Positions 59,851-64,000 of a stretch of DNA of 64,000 nucleotides are shown here, piece by piece (the stretch's first letter is position 1; every line of letters begins with the position of its first letter). The position numbers and the translations under genes are program-made. The stretch spans positions 85,003 through 149,002 of the forward strand of contig CAWFFJ010000016.1 of the NCBI GenBank assembly GCA_963814875.1, written 5' to 3'. Under the pieces are notes generated by a model. The model saw nothing but the letters and a program-made list of their open reading frames with translations, was not told where the DNA came from and made no database searches. This stretch comes from an uncultured Acidobacteriota bacterium (GTDB taxonomy: Bacteria; Acidobacteriota; Thermoanaerobaculia; Thermoanaerobaculales; Sulfomarinibacteraceae).

Positions 59851-60888
59851 TCAGTCGCTCCCCGTGTCCTCGCTCTCCGTCAGCACCTCGAGGGCCTTCT
59901 CGCGGATGCGCTCGATGACCCCGCTGGAGGCGTAGGAGGCGGCGAACCTGATCGCATTGCGGATCGCCCGAGCCGATGAGCGGCCATGCCCGATCAGACA
60001 CGCACCGTTCACGCCCAGCAGAGGCGCCCCCCCGTACTCCGTATAGTCTACCTTCTGACGAAGGTTGAGGAACGCGCCTTTGGCCATCAGAAGACCCGCC
60101 CCGTAGACCGGCGACTGCCGCGCCTCGTCCTTGAGCGCGCCGATGACCAGCTCCCCCAAGCCCTCTGCCGTCTTCAGAATGACATTGCCGGTGAACCCGT
60201 CGCAGACCACCACGTCGACGCCGCCGGCGAAAATGTCTCGCCCCTCCACGTTGCCGATGAAGTTGATGCCTGTCGCCGCGATGTGACGGTACTGCTCGCG
60301 GACGCGACGACCGCCCTTGCCCTCCTCCTCGCCGACCGACATCAACCCCACACGGGGTTCGGGCACGCCGAGAACGGCCTCGGCGTAGAACGAGCCCATC
60401 ACTGCGAACTGGACCAGGTGAATCGGCTTGCACTCGATGTTGGCGCCGACGTCGAGGAGCAGGGTGTGACCGTTGACGCGCGGCAGCAGGGCTGCCAGCG
60501 CCGGCCGCTCGATGCCCTCAATCATCCCGAGAACCGAGCGCGCCGCTAGCCACGCCGCGCCCGTGTTGCCCGCGGTGACCATCGCCGAGGCCTGACCATC
60601 GCGCACCAGGCGGGCGCAGACCGTCAGCGACGACTGGCGCTTGGAGCGCAGCACGACGGATGGGGCCTCCGCCATGCCGACGACGTCGGGCGCATCGATC
60701 ACTTCCAGCGTCTCGGGTAGAGTGCGGAACAGCCCCAGCACTCGGTGGATTCGCCGCGTCGGTCCGACCAGGCGCACGGCGATCCCGAGCTCCTTGACCG
60801 CACGGAGAGCGCCCTCGATGATCGCACGGGGTGCATGATCCCCGCCCATGGCATCGACAGCGATGACGGCCGAGGCTGGAGTGGTCAC
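59851..60888 (-). CDS. plsX: Phosphate acyltransferase
   Basis: DAMGGD, AGNTGA, DGFTGN, GGAPLLG, HGRS. Confidence 0.96.
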   Translation of the reverse strand: MTTPASAVIAVDAMGGDHAPRAIIEGALRAVKELGIAVRLVGPTRRIHRVLGLFRTLPETLEVIDAPDVVGMAEAPSVVLRSKRQSSLTVCARLVRDGQASAMVTAGNTGAAWLAARSVLGMIEGIERPALAALLPRVNGHTLLLDVGANIECKPIHLVQFAVMGSFYAEAVLGVPEPRVGLMSVGEEEGKGGRRVREQYRHIAATGINFIGNVEGRDIFAGGVDVVVCDGFTGNVILKTAEGLGELVIGALKDEARQSPVYGAGLLMAKGAFLNLRQKVDYTEYGGAPLLGVNGACLIGHGRSSARAIRNAIRFAASYASSGVIERIREKALEVLTESEDTGSD

Positions 60889-61117
60889 GCCTCAGCCTCT
60901 CGGCTCGAGCGACGGGACACGACCTGCATGGAGTCGGCGGCGCGGAGCCCTGGGAAGAGGGAGCGGGTCACGGCGACTCGGCGCACGCCGAGCCGCCCGG
61001 AGGCCGGCCCGTAGCCGGGCGCGACATGGACGCACGAGCTCGCCCCGCCGACACCCTCGCCGGCGGCGTCGCCTTGCCGCTGTGTCCGCGTCGCCCGCAG
61101 CTCATGCCGGGGGCGCC

Positions 61118-61303
61118 TCAGTCGAGGTCCTCGACCTCGACGACCTGACGGCCCTTGTAGCTCCCGCAGTGCGGGCAGACCTGGTGCGGCGGCTTGGGTT
61201 CGAAGCAGGAGGTGCACAGGCTCCAGCCTGCCGGCACCAGAGCGTGGTGGGACCGACGCTGCCTGCGGCGGGTCCTCGAGATACGGTTCTTCGGGTTCGG
61301 CAT
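61118..61303 (-). CDS. rpmF: 50S ribosomal protein L32
   Basis: MPNPKNRISRTRRRQRRSH...CTSC..PHQVCPHCGSYKG. Confidence 0.95.
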   Translation of the reverse strand: MPNPKNRISRTRRRQRRSHHALVPAGWSLCTSCFEPKPPHQVCPHCGSYKGRQVVEVEDLD

Positions 61304-61328
61304 CGTCTCGCTCCGTTCGTCGTTGTAC

Positions 61329-61853
61329 TCAGGAAGGGCGCTCCGAGAGATCGCGCAGGGCCGCCCAGCGCGGGTCAGGCTCCGGCGTGCACTGGCAGGC
61401 GCCCTCGAGATTCCGGTTTTCGCCGCAGGTGGGACACAGGCCTGCGCAGTCGTCGCGACACACCACCCGCATCGGCAGGGCGAGCAGGATCTGCTCGGCC
61501 GCGACCTCGCCAAGGTCGAGCTCGTCATCGACGAGCTGCACCCGGTCGAGGTCACCGTCGCCGAGCTCAACCTCGTCGACCCCGTCACTGGCGATCACTC
61601 GGCACAGCTCGAACGCGAAAGTCTCCCGAGCCTGCCAGGGGACCGCCGTGAGGCAGCGGACGCAGGTCAGGGAGCCGCTCGCCTCGAGTGTGCCGGCGAC
61701 CGCGTACCCTCCGCCGACTGGGCGCACCTCACCCGACAGGCGAGCGTGCACCGGCGCCGCCACTTCGCTGGCGTCGAGCCGCTCCGGCGCAACCTCCAGC
61801 TCCTCGACGAAGCCCACGGGCTCCGTGGTAACTCGGGACAGATTGATCCTCAC
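61329..61853 (-). CDS. yceD: DUF177/YceD protein
   Basis: CVRCL, CRDDCAGLCPTCG, DPRWAAL. Confidence 0.92.
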   Translation of the reverse strand: MRINLSRVTTEPVGFVEELEVAPERLDASEVAAPVHARLSGEVRPVGGGYAVAGTLEASGSLTCVRCLTAVPWQARETFAFELCRVIASDGVDEVELGDGDLDRVQLVDDELDLGEVAAEQILLALPMRVVCRDDCAGLCPTCGENRNLEGACQCTPEPDPRWAALRDLSERPS

Positions 61854-61877
61854 GCGCCCCTCCCGGGACGATTGGGA

Positions 61878-61886
61878 AGTATAGCA
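61878..61886 (-). promoter_or_regulatory. Extended -10 promoter for the yceD-rpmF-plsX-fab cluster
   Basis: TGCTATACT on the minus strand, about 25 bp upstream of yceD. Confidence 0.5.
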
Positions 61887-61901
61887 TCGAGCCGGGGGCC
61901 G

Positions 61902-62744
61902 TCAACGACGCGCGGGGCCGCCGAGACGGAGGATGCCGAGCACCGGCTCCGAGGACACCGCGAGAGCGGCTGCGAAGGTCCCTGACCCCAGGGCGACGAG
62001 GGACACCGCGGTCCACGCCGCATCGCCGATCCAGGGCAGGAAACGCAGACACAGCAGCAGCGCGACGCCGATGAAGACCTCGAAGGAGGGCGGCAGGATC
62101 CGGCCCACCAGAGAGCGCAGGGCCCGAGCGCCGATCGCGGTGCCGAGGACGGCGAGCCCGATCGCCTTGCCGGCGAAAAAGACCAGCCACAGACCAGTGG
62201 CGAGCGGGACTCCGGCGGCGGGACCCAGGCCGAGGGCCGCGAGCAGGGCGGCGATCAGAGTCACGAAGGCCAGCGCTCCGAGCACCACAACTCGCAGGCC
62301 GAGCCGCGGCAGCAGGTCGCCGTTCGCCCGCACCCAGGTGGGAAACAGAAAGGCGAGCGCGGTCGTCACCAGCAACCAACCTCCGGCGGTGAGCGCCCGC
62401 ACTGCGACGTCGATCCCGCGCGGCGCCCCTGCGCCGTCCGGGTGGACAGTGAGGCTGGCGAGCGAGCGGATCGCGATGATCCGGCCCTCGATCACGGCGC
62501 CGGGATCGGCAACGACGCGACCGAAGACTGCGATCACATGCCCATGTACGCGGGCATGCGGACCCAGGTGGACGTCGCCGCCGAGCGCGACCACATCACC
62601 GGCAACCTCTTCGTCGACTTGCAGATCGGACACGATGGCAGCGCGGCCCGGTGCGACCGAGGCGGCGGTCACCGGGGCCGATGCCCCGAGCAGGCAGAGG
62701 AGCAGGATCAGTCGTCGCGCCGCCATGCCACTCCCGGACGCCAT
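61902..62744 (-). CDS. Membrane protein with bactofilin-like beta-helix N-terminus
   Basis: V.GDVVALGGDV...V.G.VIAVFG.V repeats followed by TM helices. Confidence 0.7.
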   Translation of the reverse strand: MASGSGMAARRLILLLCLLGASAPVTAASVAPGRAAIVSDLQVDEEVAGDVVALGGDVHLGPHARVHGHVIAVFGRVVADPGAVIEGRIIAIRSLASLTVHPDGAGAPRGIDVAVRALTAGGWLLVTTALAFLFPTWVRANGDLLPRLGLRVVVLGALAFVTLIAALLAALGLGPAAGVPLATGLWLVFFAGKAIGLAVLGTAIGARALRSLVGRILPPSFEVFIGVALLLCLRFLPWIGDAAWTAVSLVALGSGTFAAALAVSSEPVLGILRLGGPARR

Positions 62745-63247
62745 CGCCTCACGGCGAGGACGACCGACGCGAGCCCGAGCACGGCAACGGCGGAGCCCGC
62801 CAGCGGCATGATGGCGGGCAGGGCGGAGCCGACCGTGCGGGTGACCGCGAGCAGGGCGACGCTCCAGTCAGAGGCCGCCCCGAGCAGGTGCAACCAGCCG
62901 TGGCCCGCGACCATCGGCACCTGGCCGAGCAGGCGGCCGCCCGGCAGCCCACCGGCGAGCACGCCGCCCGCCGTGATCACGGCAAGCGAGGCGGCAACCG
63001 GCACTGCCGCGAGCAACGACCGTCGGAGGCTGTGCGTCGGCAGATGGTCGAGGACGAGCTGCTCGAGATCCGGGTCGGTTGGTGGAAGTGCGGACTCGAC
63101 AACCGACGCGAGCCGGCGTTCGAAGGCGGCCGTCTCAGCGCAGGCGGAGCAGGAGGCGACGTGGCGGCGAGCCTCGGGCGGCAGCTGGTCGAGGGTTCCT
63201 CGCGCCTCCACCAGAAGCTCTGCGACCTCATGACACGGACTCTCCAC
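62708..63247 (-). CDS. Zinc-binding anti-sigma factor-like membrane protein
   Basis: C...HVASCSAC (HxxxCxxC); TM helices; directly downstream of an ECF sigma. Confidence 0.75.
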   Translation of the reverse strand: MESPCHEVAELLVEARGTLDQLPPEARRHVASCSACAETAAFERRLASVVESALPPTDPDLEQLVLDHLPTHSLRRSLLAAVPVAASLAVITAGGVLAGGLPGGRLLGQVPMVAGHGWLHLLGAASDWSVALLAVTRTVGSALPAIMPLAGSAVAVLGLASVVLAVRRWRPGVAWRRDD

Positions 63248-63269
63248 GGGGCGCCTCCTCTCCGTCAGC

Positions 63270-63857
63270 TTACAGGAAGCTGACCAGCGCTCTCCGTAAT
63301 ACGGTGTGAGCGCGGAAAAGTTTGTTCTTGACCGTACCGATCGGCATGCTCTTGAAGTCCGCGATCTCCTGGTAGCTCAGGCCCGCGAAGTGGCGCAGCA
63401 GGACCAGCTCGCGATACTCCGGCCGGAGCTCGTTGATTGCACCCCGCAGCTCCCGGGCGAGCTCGCGGTTTTCGAAGTGCTCGAGGGGATCCTTGCCGAG
63501 GTCCGCAACGGCCACCTCAATCTCCTCGCCGTCCGCGTCCTCGCGAACCAGCGGAACGGTCGAGATCCGACGGCGCCGGAGGTGGTCGATGCCGAGGTTA
63601 TGCCCGATCCGGAACAGCCAGGTGGAGAACTTGTAGCGCGGGTCGAAGCGGTCGAGGGCTGACCAGGCGCGCAGGAAGGTCTCCTGGGCGAGCTCACGCG
63701 CGAGCTCGAGGTCACCGACGAGCTGGGCCAGAAAGGCCGTCAGCCGGCGCTGGTAGCGACGGACGAGACGCGTAAACGCCGCCTGGTCGCCCTCGACGGC
63801 CAGCGCCACGAGACTCTCGTCGCTCGGTCGAACCACCGCCCCTCCCGGTCGCGACAT
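63270..63857 (-). CDS. ECF sigma-70 factor
   Basis: QETFLRAW, FSTWLFRI, LSYQEIA..MPIGTVKNKLFRA. Confidence 0.93.
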   Translation of the reverse strand: MSRPGGAVVRPSDESLVALAVEGDQAAFTRLVRRYQRRLTAFLAQLVGDLELARELAQETFLRAWSALDRFDPRYKFSTWLFRIGHNLGIDHLRRRRISTVPLVREDADGEEIEVAVADLGKDPLEHFENRELARELRGAINELRPEYRELVLLRHFAGLSYQEIADFKSMPIGTVKNKLFRAHTVLRRALVSFL

Positions 63858-63957
63858 GTTAGCGCCATCGGGCCACCATGACGGCGGCCCGATGACACTC
63901 GGATCGACCGCCGACGCCGTGCTGTTCGGCGATCACCCAAGACGGTCGACGTCGTGC

Positions 63958-64000
63958 TCAGCCCTTCGCGTAGCCGAGCATCTCCTTCGCGACCGCGGCG
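63958..64000 (-). CDS. C-terminal fragment of an upstream gene
   Basis: Open frame AAVAKEMLGYAKG* entering from the window edge. Confidence 0.35.
   Translation of the reverse strand, partial: AAVAKEMLGYAKG

Overview
High-GC bacterial chromosome segment. Gene content (Oar-type TonB-dependent receptor, futalosine-pathway mqnE, selB, amiC-GerMN-murI-rph order) suggests an Acidobacteriota-like organism, which is inference only. Most of the window is housekeeping: a partial CYTH gene, selB, hsp20, four tRNAs, rph, murI, an amidase, tmRNA, comM, radA (frameshifted), mlaDFE, dnaB, aroB, aroC, ispH, carAB, rho, mqnE, the fabG/fabD/fabH/plsX/rpmF cluster and an ECF sigma/anti-sigma pair. Three non-routine features stand out. 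(1) A 3.3-kb insert with no integrase (secreted bulb-lectin protein plus methyltransferase) lies between two 282-bp near-identical copies of the comM 3' end and the start of the next gene. (2) A module at 52.5-55.8 kb combines ~179-bp tandem hairpin units, a 28-bp-stem palindrome split exactly by a complete class C-like group II intron, and an Avd/23S-IVP-like four-helix-bundle gene. (3) A family of CAC(A/C/G)(G/A)AG(A/G) octamer repeats recurs just after stop codons, often as inverted pairs, and also brackets that module. All calls are by eye from sequence motifs; no database searches or folding programs were run.
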